Of a stretch of DNA of 49,806 nucleotides, positions 1 to 11,294 are shown in pieces. How positions within the stretch are numbered: position 1 is the first letter of the stretch; every line of letters starts with the position of its first letter. A model generated the notes under the pieces. The model saw only the letters and a program-made list of their open reading frames with translations. It did no database searches and was not told the DNA's origin. The DNA lies in NCBI GenBank assembly GCA_030167865.1, contig JALAGF010003661.1:1-49806 (forward strand), in the 5' to 3' direction. Position numbers and translations under genes: made by a program. Origin of the DNA: Craspedostauros australis (lineage: Eukaryota).

Positions 1-73
1 GATCAAATCAAAGAGCGTAAAAGAAGAAGCAGAAGAGGCCAGCAAGTGGCACGAGAGACAGGTAGATCGGACG

Positions 74-1898
74 ATGCCGTTGTCGGTCTTTGCTGGGCCT
101 GGGCGCGTGGAACCGTGGATCGCATCTACGTGCGAGAAGTGCTGCCTTGCCAATGGCCGTCTGCCGCCGAAAGATCGCAGACCGAAGGTTGTCCAGGTGC
201 TGAAACGACAATCACCGACCTTTTGGAATCAAAACACATCAATACGCAGCACCAATGCGACTACTCCTGCCACTGCTGCTGGTACTGCGACCACTGTGGA
301 TGCTGACAAGTTGGTCACTCTGGTGGTGCAAGATGGAAAGCACTGGACCTACGTCAGCCTTTCCAAGTCTTGCCAACAGGATCTGATTGAAGAATCCAAA
401 GCCACGGATGTTCTGCTGGACATGTTCTGCAAACCAGGGGCGCTCCTGGCTCTCAAAGAGTGGAAATACGAGATCTGGCGTCCTCAGCGTCCGACGAATC
501 ACGGCGGGACACAGGATCAGGGTGTGAGTAGAGGTGGGACCAACGCTGTTCCGACTTCGCAGCCCGCCGCTGGCGCTTGTATCGAGACGCCCATACCTGC
601 AACTAGTGCTGCTACTGCTGCGCATACAACCACGAGAGGATCAAGCAGTGATCAGCAGCAGCAAAGGCAACAGCGGCCATTTCCATACATATCTGTCAAC
701 AAGCTGAATGTGATGGATCACATGGGAGTTGAAGCTGGAGTGTACGTACCGCGCAACCTGCAGTGGGTGTTGGACGACGTTTGCATTCGTCAGTTCTGGT
801 TTCCTGCCATGGAGACACCCAATAGCAGAAATGGACGGATTTGCGTCGACAAACTAAAGCGCCGATTTCACAACAACCAAGAGCCTGCGGAAGAAGAACA
901 CGACGATGGTGATGTTGATGCTCAATCGCAGCGGCAACAGCAGCAACCAACCAGTCAATCTGCATCAATCCCCAGAGTTTTGACGGAGGCTACGGCCAGA
1001 AACGTCACAGGCAGCACCACCGACAGCACCAGTATTGAGTTCTCTGGTGGTGTGGATCGAGCTGCAACACAGCCACAGGCGCGATCGGGGGAAGGCCAGA
1101 CTACGAATGACGAAGGCAGATCATCGGTCGACCAAGGAGAAGGAGTGACGACACAACCCATCGACGAGGCTGACAGAGGATCAGCAGTGGCTCTGAGTGA
1201 CAACACTGGCGCTGATGCTGCTCCACACCTCAATCGTAAGCGCCGCATTGCCGCTGTCACTGCCACTACCGCCGCTTTTGTCGAGAACATCACGAAACAT
1301 AGTGGCGGTAGGGCTGGCGACAACAAGAAGCAGAAGAGCGCTGTCGTTCAGCATCAAACGATCCCGATTGGCGATTTGGAGGCACTGTTGATGTCGAACG
1401 ACTATTCGCAACTTGACGAGTTGATGAAACTTGCCGACGCAGCGTGGGAAAAGAGACCCACCAACCACACACAGCATGGCAACTCTGGTAGAGAGCACGC
1501 GCCATCTCCAACGGCGAGGACTGCAAACCAAGACATCCCCAACGTCGCAAGTGGTTCGGATTCAGCCACAACGACCTCAGTAGTTCCCGTTGGTGACATG
1601 AAAGAACTGTTGGCGAACCAGGATGAACTGCAAGAGATCATGAAGATTGCTGACGCGGCATGGGAAGCAAGGTGGTATGTACTACACGCTGCGAGCGCAG
1701 ATAGTGGAGCGCCATGTGCTGTGGCACCATGCGCCTCAACCGTTCTATTATTTGATGTGTTGATTCGGTGCAATTCTGTGAGCTGACCTCAACTGCTCTA
1801 ATCAGTGCCGTCCTTCCTCTTTTGACCGAACCCTCGCTTCATTGACCGACAGCCATGAACAACAGAACCGATCTACGATCCAAACATCACTTCCATAA
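74..1898 (+). CDS. TPP1/Est3-like OB-fold protein with a disordered C-terminus; 3' end uncertain (probable intron 1675-1852)
   Basis: ORF from ATG 74. The N-terminal pattern GRVEPWI...KVVQVL...VTLVVQDGKHWTYVSLS...PGALLALKEW...PYISVNKLNVM parallels the human TPP1/ACD OB fold (LRPWI...QLLEVL...TLLVSDGTHSVRCLVT...GRLLLLQDC...FYLQVDRFSLL). A GTATGT donor at 1675 and a pyrimidine tract plus CAG acceptor at 1852 would give a stop at 1896-1898. Unspliced, the ORF ends at 1786. Confidence 0.55.
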
Positions 1899-2545
1899 CA
1901 CACCATCTCATTGCGTCCGACAGAGAACTAGAAATGGGATCAACGCCAGAAGTCAGACTATTCCACTTCGTCAGCTGCTTTCGGAACACTGAGGTTGAGC
2001 GAGCAAGGCCGATACGCGGATAGGCACCAATTCCTGCTCTCAAATTAACTACACAAATGAGCATATCATAGAACCAAGCTCGCATCCGGGCTGAAACTAC
2101 ATAGAGGGCTATATGATGGAGCATATATATGATGGAGCAGGTAGGACTGCACAATCCAAACCAGAAGAGAGAGGCCACAAGTCCGCTCCATTGTCCTCTT
2201 TAGGGACTGACTGCCTTCCACATGGCGCTCTAGACATGGTGCTTGTTTAGACCTAATCCAAACCACAACTTCTCAATGACGCATCAAAACCCAAAAAATG
2301 GCGCGAAACGCTTCGCTTGGTCATTCTGCATCGAACGTTGCAACACAAAACTGCAAGAACACGTGGTGCATCACACTCCACAAATGCCGTCACGCAGAAT
2401 CAGTTGGCTTGCTGTCTGAGATTCATAGCAGCACTCCCATATTCCTACATATTACCACATACAACTCGACTCAAGTTCGCACCCCGCAGAGTAATACAAT
2501 AGTCTTCCAACATCTCTCCTTCCGATCGTCACAACCATCACAAGC

Positions 2546-4237
2546 ATGTTCCGATCGGCCATCAAAACATCGGCGCGTTTGACGGGAGCCGCGGTGGCCG
2601 GCGGCGGTGGCTACTCCATGTACCTGTACCAAACGGATGAGGGCACGCAGCGCATGATCAAGGCGTACGGCTCCTTCCTGCCTGTCGTGATGCGGTACCG
2701 ATTGCTGGAAGCCCGGCAGAAGCTGGCGCCGTCCACCGTAAGCGACCAGGATTGGGAGGACCTCGATCATCAGCATGCGCAATCGACCATCGAGGCCGTC
2801 GCGCAGCTGCAGGGAATGTACTGCAAGTACGGACAGACGGCCGCGGGGCTCACCAACACATTCTCACCAATTTGGATCGAGGAGCTGCGGCGTTTGGAGA
2901 GCGACGTGCCGCCGCGGTCCTTGGATGTGGTGCGGCAGACTATCGAGGAGGAGCTGTGTCAGGATGGCAAGACTACGGTGGAGGACATCTTCTTTTACAT
3001 CGACCCGCAGCCGCTGGGGTCGGCGTCGATCGGGCAGGTGCATCGCGCCATCCTCAAGGAGAACGGCAAGGAGGTGGCGATCAAGGTGCAGTACCCGCAG
3101 GCCCAGAAGATGTTCCAGGAAGACATGAAGACCATCCGGACTCTCTGCGAAATGGTGGCACCCGAGAACGTGTGCACGCTTTCAGCGCTTGAGAACCAAA
3201 ACGCGTTGGAGTTGGACTATCAGCTGGAGGCAGCGAATCTACGCACCATCCATGCCAACATGAAGCGTGGAGGGTTCCTGCCACGGGAAGTCGTGGTCCC
3301 ACTGCCCATCGAGAAATACACGACGCGCAGGGTGCTGACGATGGATTTGCTGGAGGGGGCCAAGCTGGGAGATGGCGTGCGCGACTACTTCCGCATCTGG
3401 GCCGAGAAGAATGGCACGACACTGGAGGATCTGGAGCGCGAGGCCAGGGAACGCATCGAACGCGAAGGCATCCCGGCCAAATACGACGGTGCATCGGCGC
3501 GGCAGATTGAGACCTACAAGCGCTACCTGCGAGCCAAGGATTTCGTCGTCAACCTGGGCATCGGCACGTTCAATGCCTCCATTGGTTTGGTCGCACCGAA
3601 ACGTAAGATGGAATATCGGCGCACCGTCCTGCCGCCCAACATCCCCAGGATAGTGGATGCCTTGATGCGTGTGCATGGATACCAGCTTCTGAAGGATGGG
3701 TGCTTCAACGCGGACCCGCACGGTGGCAACTTCCTGCTGTTGCCGGATGGCAGGATAGGCCTGATCGACTACGGTGCGACCAAGCAACTGACGAAGGAAG
3801 AACGTCTGTCGTCCTGCCTGTTGTTCTGCGCCCTGGCCCGCGGCGACGAGGACATGCTATTCGACCTGTGCGAAATATCAGGCTACGAAAGCAAGTACGG
3901 CAGGCGTGACGTGCTCATGAAGCTGATCCGCTTCGGGTATGACAGCTACGGCAATGACGTGCTCGAAGGCAAGAACGTGCAGCAGTTCATCGACGAATGC
4001 AAGGAGCAGGACCCATGGGAGAAGGTGCCCGATAACTTCGTCATGTCGCAGTTCATGAGCATACGTCTGCGCAGCTTGGCCCTCGGCATGAATCATCCAG
4101 TGAAGTGTTCGCAATGGTGGGGTCCCATCGCGGAGCAGGTCCTGATCGACGAAGGTCTGCCGTACGAGAGCTGGGATCGTGAACAGCTGCTGAAGTACAA
4201 GCCCGAGATGAACTACCAGGAGTACAAGTTTGCCTGA
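2546..4237 (+). CDS. ABC1/UbiB (ADCK-type) atypical protein kinase, probably mitochondrial
   Basis: 563-aa intronless ORF with PLGSASIGQVHRA, VAIKVQYP, FNADPHGGNF and LIDYG motifs. The N-terminus MFRSAIKTSARL resembles a mitochondrial presequence. Confidence 0.92.
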   Translation: MFRSAIKTSARLTGAAVAGGGGYSMYLYQTDEGTQRMIKAYGSFLPVVMRYRLLEARQKLAPSTVSDQDWEDLDHQHAQSTIEAVAQLQGMYCKYGQTAAGLTNTFSPIWIEELRRLESDVPPRSLDVVRQTIEEELCQDGKTTVEDIFFYIDPQPLGSASIGQVHRAILKENGKEVAIKVQYPQAQKMFQEDMKTIRTLCEMVAPENVCTLSALENQNALELDYQLEAANLRTIHANMKRGGFLPREVVVPLPIEKYTTRRVLTMDLLEGAKLGDGVRDYFRIWAEKNGTTLEDLEREARERIEREGIPAKYDGASARQIETYKRYLRAKDFVVNLGIGTFNASIGLVAPKRKMEYRRTVLPPNIPRIVDALMRVHGYQLLKDGCFNADPHGGNFLLLPDGRIGLIDYGATKQLTKEERLSSCLLFCALARGDEDMLFDLCEISGYESKYGRRDVLMKLIRFGYDSYGNDVLEGKNVQQFIDECKEQDPWEKVPDNFVMSQFMSIRLRSLALGMNHPVKCSQWWGPIAEQVLIDEGLPYESWDREQLLKYKPEMNYQEYKFA

Positions 4238-5037
4238 GCTTGTTCGACGTCTCGCTTCGACCTGTCGAGGAGGCGCCAAGACAAAGGTAGAATGCGAGGA
4301 ATGAAGCGACGCGATCGAGGAATACCAAATGCAAATTAGTGTGCTTTATTCGCACCATACGTTGATACATGTCAAGATGGTGCAACATGATTTGATGGCG
4401 AACTCTGGAAGCTCGATGAACCTCATCGGCAGACGCAGACCCGGACCCACGTGCAGTGAAGGCAAGCGAGCAGTCCATTCGGTGCGCTCGTGGCCGACGC
4501 TTCGTCAAAAGTATGTCTCGAGTGAGTTGTGAGGAAGAGTATTACACATACCGATGCTGTTAACGTTTTGAAGTGATATGATTGGCGTTTCTGGGCTTTT
4601 CTGAAAGAGAGGATCCTGTCGGCGAGATGCGGGGTGTTGATCGTCGAGCTTCGAGCAGCGACCATCCACTCCGAAACACACCAGTATGCAACCACTCAGC
4701 GATTGTGGTCGACGCCATACATCATCCTACCAACAAGTCGTAACTGTCTGGGACTTGCTGGTTTTTGCGGATGGGCGTTGTGTGATAGAGTACGTACGTA
4801 TTACGCATACGAATCCTCGCAGGATTTGTGCAGATTCGTGGTGGTAGGTAGATACGACCTATGCATCGAGTGATGTCCGTTCTTTCTTTCATGTTTGCTT
4901 TGATTACGCACGGGTATGGTATTGATCTCTTGTGTTCGTGGCATTGGTGGGTACGTTCAACTTCAAGGTACGAGAAGCGCAGAGTACGCGTTTCCATGGA
5001 TGCTCTCTCCTCTCCCGAGGCGACGCGAAGAGTGCGA

Positions 5038-6396
5038 TCATGATTTGGATTGAGATCGACTTGCAGATTCTTCGGCTGCGACCAGCTTCGAACCGAAGGC
5101 TGCGAATTCGGTCGGCGACGATGTCGGAAGATCGTGGAATGCGGAGTCATCGAGCCTCAGCTGAAGCCGATTCAAGTGGCTACGGAGCTGATGCATCTGC
5201 AGCTTGAGCTTCGTCTCGAGCCGTTCTTGCCTGCACATGCGTGCGACGCGGCTGGCCTGGGCGATCTCTTCGTGGGCAACACCGGCGTTCAGCAGGATTT
5301 CGTACCGTCTCTTCGATGAGAGGCGCACCAATCCATCACCTTCGCAGCGCGTGGCCGAGAGGATCGATGAGCTCGATGCAGAATCCGCGGATTCCTTCAT
5401 GCGCTGGAACTTCTCTCGCAGTTGGCGGACCTTGATCTTCGCAAGGGTGGTGCGCGTGATGTTGACAGGCTTCCAACCCAGCGTGACAGGCGCACCGCTT
5501 GAGACAGGCTCGACACCGGCGATCATGGGGTGCTCGTAGATCACCACCGATGAGAATCGCACCTTCTTCTCCACGGGCTTTGGTGAGCCACTGCACAGAG
5601 ACGAGGCATATGAGCACGACGATGACACAGTAGCGGAGGTCGAAGTAGATGATTCGGAGACTGTGGATGGGGTCCTGGCCACTGCAGTCAACGACGCTCT
5701 TGGTGTGCATGATAGCACACGCCTGGCAGGCTTCGGAGATCCTAACGAGGCATCGTCCCGCGAGAGAGATCTCGCCGATGATTGTCTGCAGAAGGATGGC
5801 CGTCTGCGACGGAGTTGCGTGGTACTTGCCGAAGCTTGTGTGCGAGAGTGGGCGGGTCCCAAGGATGCGGTCGATGCCGATGTCGATGCCGATGTCGATG
5901 CCGATGGCGATGTTGGCGTTGATGATGTGAGCGACGATAGCTTCTTATGCAGCGGCTGCTCTGCTGTTCCGTGTTTCGAGGCCTTGCTCAAGCTCTTCAC
6001 TTTTTCGTTGCGAGATTGCACTCCCTTCGATATCGACGGCTTCGCTTCGGAGCTTGTTTGATTGTATAGTTCATTCCGACGCACTTGACTGGAGTCCTTT
6101 CTCGACTGTCTCCTGGCCTGTCGCCTAGAGCCGCCCTTGGAGCTGCCTTTTGAACTCCTCTTGGAGAAGTTCTTGGTGGGCTCGTCTTGCGATTGTTTGT
6201 TGCATGGTTTGGCGTGTCCGCCTGCGAGCTTGGAGACTGCAAACATCATTCTGGCTCCGACTGCTTTCGGTTTTGCTTGTTGCCTCGTTTTATGGTTGGT
6301 GCTGGTGCTGGTGCTGGTGCTGGCGTTGCAGTTGCATACACTACGCTTGTTACTGACCGTGAAAGCACCGCCGATGCTGGGCTTGAAATAACGCAT
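5038..6396 (-). CDS. Ser/Arg-rich protein with a C-terminal KKVRF (RVxF) / CSRNP-N-like module
   Basis: 452-aa ORF. A low-complexity N-terminus precedes KKVRFSSVVIYEHPMIAGVEPVSSGAPVTLGW and RLSSKRRYEILLNAGV...EEI...R..R.ER. The start codon is uncertain (a later MMFAVSK start is possible). Confidence 0.7.
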   Translation of the reverse strand: MRYFKPSIGGAFTVSNKRSVCNCNASTSTSTSTNHKTRQQAKPKAVGARMMFAVSKLAGGHAKPCNKQSQDEPTKNFSKRSSKGSSKGGSRRQARRQSRKDSSQVRRNELYNQTSSEAKPSISKGVQSRNEKVKSLSKASKHGTAEQPLHKKLSSLTSSTPTSPSASTSASTSASTASLGPAHSRTQASASTTQLRRRRPSFCRQSSARSLSRDDASLGSPKPARRVLSCTPRASLTAVARTPSTVSESSTSTSATVSSSCSYASSLCSGSPKPVEKKVRFSSVVIYEHPMIAGVEPVSSGAPVTLGWKPVNITRTTLAKIKVRQLREKFQRMKESADSASSSSILSATRCEGDGLVRLSSKRRYEILLNAGVAHEEIAQASRVARMCRQERLETKLKLQMHQLRSHLNRLQLRLDDSAFHDLPTSSPTEFAAFGSKLVAAEESASRSQSKS

Positions 6397-8539
6397 GATG
6401 TGCGCAGTGCTGTGCTACAAGCAGTCCGGATGGGATGCTATGGGATGCTATGGGATTGGATGGATGGGTGGATGGATAGGTAGATGGATCGATGAGGATA
6501 AATGCGTTGGTCTGATGATGATGTTGCTTGGCGGATTGCTGGGTTTGCTTTTGTGTGCACTTCGGAACAATCGCATATCTCGTTGCAATGCCACATCCGA
6601 CTCGCTCTTGATACAGCACTAGGTGCACGTGAAAAAGAGGCCGAGTACGCTGTGCTTGCTTGAGTTTTATGGAGTAGCAGAGTAGGTGCGATGGAGCTGG
6701 TTTTTCTGTATCAGAGACGACGGCTCTGGCAAGACCACAGAGGTGATCGCATGTCCCTGTTTTTAATTCGCGTTTCTGTCGTTTCCCAGCGCTGCGACAG
6801 CCACAGTTGTGGTTTGTGGTACGTACAGTTGGAGAGGCGCTGCCTGGTACAGGACAAGAGGTCCAAGAGTCTGAGAGGAACACCGTGTTCGCACAATCAC
6901 ATGCCTTTGTTGCACGTGAGTCGCTGGCTTGATCTCCGTGGATCCTGCTCACAAACTGGGAAAATGTGAGCGCTCGTGGATGAACCAAAAGCCCCACCAT
7001 GCCGGCGCAATCCTGGATTCACTCGAAACGAATCTCCCGTTAAGGGGCTGACATTCCCGAATGGCATGAAGTCCGTACGTAGAATAGGTCGCAGGCCGTA
7101 CTTGCAATGCATGGAGTGCGTCAGCATGACAGTGCCGCGGATAGAACAGAAGAAGTCAAAGCATCCGCATCAATTGCACACGTCGGGCCTGTTGCTGTGT
7201 TATCCATGCATTCACGCAGAACGCTGTCCATTGTGGCTTCTTCCTCGCTCTTCGGGAGCCACCGTGATGTGTGGGCGATGCATAGCGGATGATTCCGCCC
7301 GTTCTGCATAACCCTGCGTGGACAAGGAGCTGACACTTGCCCAGCCGTTACCGACATCAAAGAAGGACAATTACTTCCGTGATTGAAAAAATGTCAACAA
7401 TAGGAACCTCCGATCCTTGATTCCACAACCTGAAGCGACCGCAAGCGGTGTTGCAAGACAACACTGCACGCAATTCTTCACACACTCGGCTGCTTTCGCC
7501 CACTTTTCCGGGCATGTGGATAACGTACTCAAACGTGCCAAAAAACACGCGATCGATCTGATCACATCACTGGCCGATCACGTTGTGCGAGCTGCCCAGA
7601 CATCACCTCTTGAGGTTGTCTGGACACTCCGTGATCGTGGAAATGCGAAGGACGCCTTCCACCCTTCTTGACGCTGTTGCCATCGCCTTCCACCCACCAC
7701 ATCTTTGTCGCCGCCTCTCGCCTCCGCGGCGGATTCCAGCCAACGCAGAACGGCGAAGCCGGATCGTGCATCGCATCGAGAAGCCGACACAGAAAGTGAG
7801 GAGAAGCGCGCGCCTCCTCCTCCGCAATTCCTATCAACTGTCCTGTTGGTTGCCACAGGTGACGATTGACCTCGGAGAGGCCAGAAGGAGCTTGTGTCTG
7901 TCGACATTCGGCAGCTGGAACTCAAGCCAGCAACATTCCTGCCACCTTGAGATTGTGCGATGGACGATGACAGAAATCAAGCAAAAGAGATGGTCAACAA
8001 GAGCGAAGTGAACTCTGGTGAAGTGGAGTGAGACAACTTGGATGATCATCCGTGAAGGACAAACGGATCACGCTGGACGCGGCTGTTGACACCTTCTAAA
8101 TTCTAGCCTATCACAGATCTATGTTAGGAGAAGAAGCTATAAATTCGACAATTCACGAATTCATTTCGGGACTCGAGGAGTGATTTTGGCTCAACGAATA
8201 CAATATCATAGGACGTTATTTAGACGTTAACATTCGGAGTTATTAGAATCGGTGGTAAATGAATACAAACATAATAATGATTGCACACCAAAGCACAGAA
8301 ACTCAACGGACATGTGTCACAAGAGTGTCCTCTCTTGCCACAATGGCGAAACCAGTGTTCCAACACATCGAATGGGCGAAGAATCGGAAGGAGGAGAACA
8401 GAGGAGAGCAACTCGTACGCTATGAATGGAAGAGCGAGCTGGAGTGGAGGACTATTGTTCACTCTGCGAGCTACGACTCCATCCATCCCGCGCTGTGTTT
8501 CATCCTTATGAGATTGATGGCTGGCTAGCTTAAGGTTTA

Positions 8540-8581
8540 GGAGCTGCTCCCACTGACTTCCAAAGTCAGCGGTACAGCTCC
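8540..8581 (-). other. 42-nt stem-loop about 100 nt downstream of the DYRK stop codon
   Basis: The minus strand reads GGAGCUG UACCG CUGACUU UGG AAGUCAG UGGGAG CAGCUCC: two perfect 7-bp stems joined by a partly paired segment. Confidence 0.5.
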
Positions 8582-8677
8582 GTGTTATCGTATCTTCGAT
8601 CGTGCGCGGTGCTGTCGCATGCGGAAGTTGGGGGGCGTGAATGTTAGGATGCGTTTATTAACTGTGATGTCCTCCCA

Positions 8678-11294
8678 TCATCGCCTTTGGCTGTAGGTGC
8701 CTTGATAGTATTGTTGCTGTTGACGCTGCGCCGACATGTCGCTGGATTCGATGAAGGGATGCATCAGTGCCTCCTCGGGACGGATGCGCTGCTTTGGATT
8801 GTACGTCAGCATGCGATGGATGAGATCCACGAACATCTCATAATTCTCGGGCGTGTTGCCCGTTTCGGTCGTCGGTATCTTCTTCTTGCGATGATTCTCC
8901 GCCGTGATGACCGCTCGAAGGCTGTCGATGGGCGACGTGCTGGGAATACAGACCTCCGTCGCTTCGGCGTTGGACGATGCTTGCTTTTTGCCCGACGTTG
9001 CTGCGGTGGTGGCCGCCTCCGATGGTGGATTCGGTGTTTTGGTCTGCTTCACGCTCCAGAATTCCCGTCCAGATGGTGAGCGGCGCTTCTCAAAGAATTG
9101 GAGGCGGTGCTGATCGCTGGATCTTTCCAACATGTTCGAAGGGATCATGCCAAGAATCTGTCCGAGCAGGAAGGGAGGTTTGCATTGTATTACATGGATG
9201 ATCGTGTCAGAAAGTGAGAAGATCATAGTCGAACTGCAGAGCAACGGAGCTGTCATGGACCATCTCCGTATGGCACATAGAATCAAACTGAACCAACGCA
9301 AACAAACAAACATTGCTGCCACTCACCTTGACAATCTTTTGCATCTGATCGAACTGATCCGATCCCGAGAACAACGGTTCACCCGTGTGCATCTCGGCCA
9401 GGATGCATCCCAAGCTCCACATGTCTATGGAGACGGCGTAGGGCAGACCGAGGATGACCTCTGGACTGCGGTAGAAACGGCTCTGGATGTAGGAGTACAT
9501 GCGCTTCTTGGACCTGCACGACGATCCGAAATCGATGACCTTGACGCCGCTCTTCTTGTGATGTCGCAGGAGGATGTTCTCTGGCTTGAGATCGCAATGG
9601 ATGATATCGACGTCGGGACGCGCGAGGAATTGAAGGCTTTTGAGGACCTGCTTGGCGAATTTGCGAATGAGTTTGAGGGAGACGCCGCCAAATTGCGTGT
9701 TCTTGAGAAGTTCGTAGAGGTTGATGGAGAGCATTTCGAAGACGAGGCATTGGTGGTTGCGGTACATGAAGTGATTCAGCAGTCGGACTGTTGTTTTTGT
9801 GTGTGGTTGTATGGCATTGTGGATGAGTGAAAAAACGATGGTCAGAATGGAAGAGGCGATGAAAACGGTACCACAAAACAAAACAGAAAAAAGACACGCG
9901 CACCACGTACCAATGTTGTTGTTATCCTCCGGATCCTGATCCCGCAAATGCGTGAGCAACTCAATCTCCGTCTTGGCTTGAATAAGGAAGGGCCGATTCG
10001 ATTTGATGATCTTGACGGCCACATCCTGATGCGTCTCGAGATCCTCGGCGCGCACGACCTGGCCGAAGGATCCTTTGCCGATACGTTCCTTGATACGATA
10101 CCGCCCGCTGATGATCTCGCCATTCGTCAAGATGTAATCGTGATTCTCGTCATCCCATCCATGGTTGTTGACGCCTTGTCGCGCTGCGCGGCGCGCATCA
10201 CGCTCTTGGTAGTAGACCGTGTTGATATGTTTGTAGGTGTCGAGGAGATGCAGGGACAGCTTGATGAGGGGTCGGTCGTTGGATGCGCGGCCGACGCGGG
10301 GTTGTTGCAGGAATTCGGATTGTTGCAAGACATTCAATGCGTTGGGATGATGATGCTGCAGCAGCGGTTGCTGCGGTGGTCCGTTGGTGTAGGCGTGCCT
10401 GTTGGCTTCCAAAGCCTGTGCGGCGGCGCTGGCCAAGTCCATCGATTGTTGCTGTTGCTGATACGCCAACTGTTGCTGATACTGCTGCTGCTGAAGTAAT
10501 CGCTGTTGGTAGTCTATTGGATCGACCGCGGAACGCGCCATGCCAAGCAATTCCTCCGATTGGGGTCGCTTCGGTTGTGATGCATTCTGATCATAGCGCT
10601 GTCTGCTGGGTGCGGCGTACGCTCCTGGCTGCAAATGAGAGGCGTTGTACATGGATGCAGCCGCAGATTGTGGCGCCTGTTGTTGTTGTTGTTGTTGCGC
10701 ATATTGATGCTGCGGCCATGACTGTTGTGCTGAAAGTCGGTGATGCTGAGGCTGCGTCGTGGGTTGTCTGTCGAGGTAGGATGAGGAGGAAGATGCGGCG
10801 ATGGGGTTGGTGGGTGCAGCCGCGCTGTTGTTGGTGGTGGTAGTGCTGTTGGTGGCTGTCGCCGCATGCAAGTAGGCATGATTGGTTGCATGATTGGTTG
10901 CATGTGTGGACGCTTGATTCGATGATGACGATGTGCGACGCCGAGACGCCGATGTTGAAGAAACAGACTCCTTCCCCCTACCATGATGGTGTGAGGAGTA
11001 GTCCATTCTCCGGTCCTGCGCTTCCGCTGCCGATGATGCGATTGCGTTGCTGACGGCGTTGCTGGTTGGCTTGCCGTGGAGTTCCCGATCTGAGCTGGGT
11101 GAGAGAGGCGCCACCACGAAAGGCTGGTGCTGCTGATAATGGTGATGGGTATGACGCAGCGAGGGACGCAACGATGGTGTGACGACAGCCGCAACAGCTC
11201 CACTGGCCTCCTCACTTCGATGCTGCTTGTGTCTGCGAAGGAGAGACGCGTTGTTGGGAGCTTGCTGATGTGAGGTTGGGACCAACGGTCGCAT
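8678..11294 (-). CDS. DYRK1: DYRK1/minibrain-type dual-specificity kinase, 3 exons (11294-9911, 9787-9327, 9157-8678)
   Basis: Contains [22 protein letters not shown], the DH box [38 protein letters not shown] and the YxY loop [14 protein letters not shown]. Removing introns 9910-9788 (GTACGT..CAG) and 9326-9158 (GTGAGT..CAG) restores NNNIVRLLNHF and QKIVKILGMIP. The start ATG is 11294 or 11006. The N-terminus is Gln/His/Ser-rich. Confidence 0.92.

Noticed and set aside
2299..2308. E2F-like GGCGCGAAA site
   Set aside because: A single short match upstream of an ABC1 kinase, which is not an obvious cell-cycle gene; could be chance.
4733..4744. AAGTCGTAAC matching the SSU rRNA 3' conserved motif
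   Set aside because: A 10-nt match only; the flanks are not rRNA-like.
8122..8232. TGTTA...TAACA-bounded AT-rich segment resembling a solo LTR
   Set aside because: Only about 110 bp, with no target-site duplication, primer-binding site or polypurine tract.
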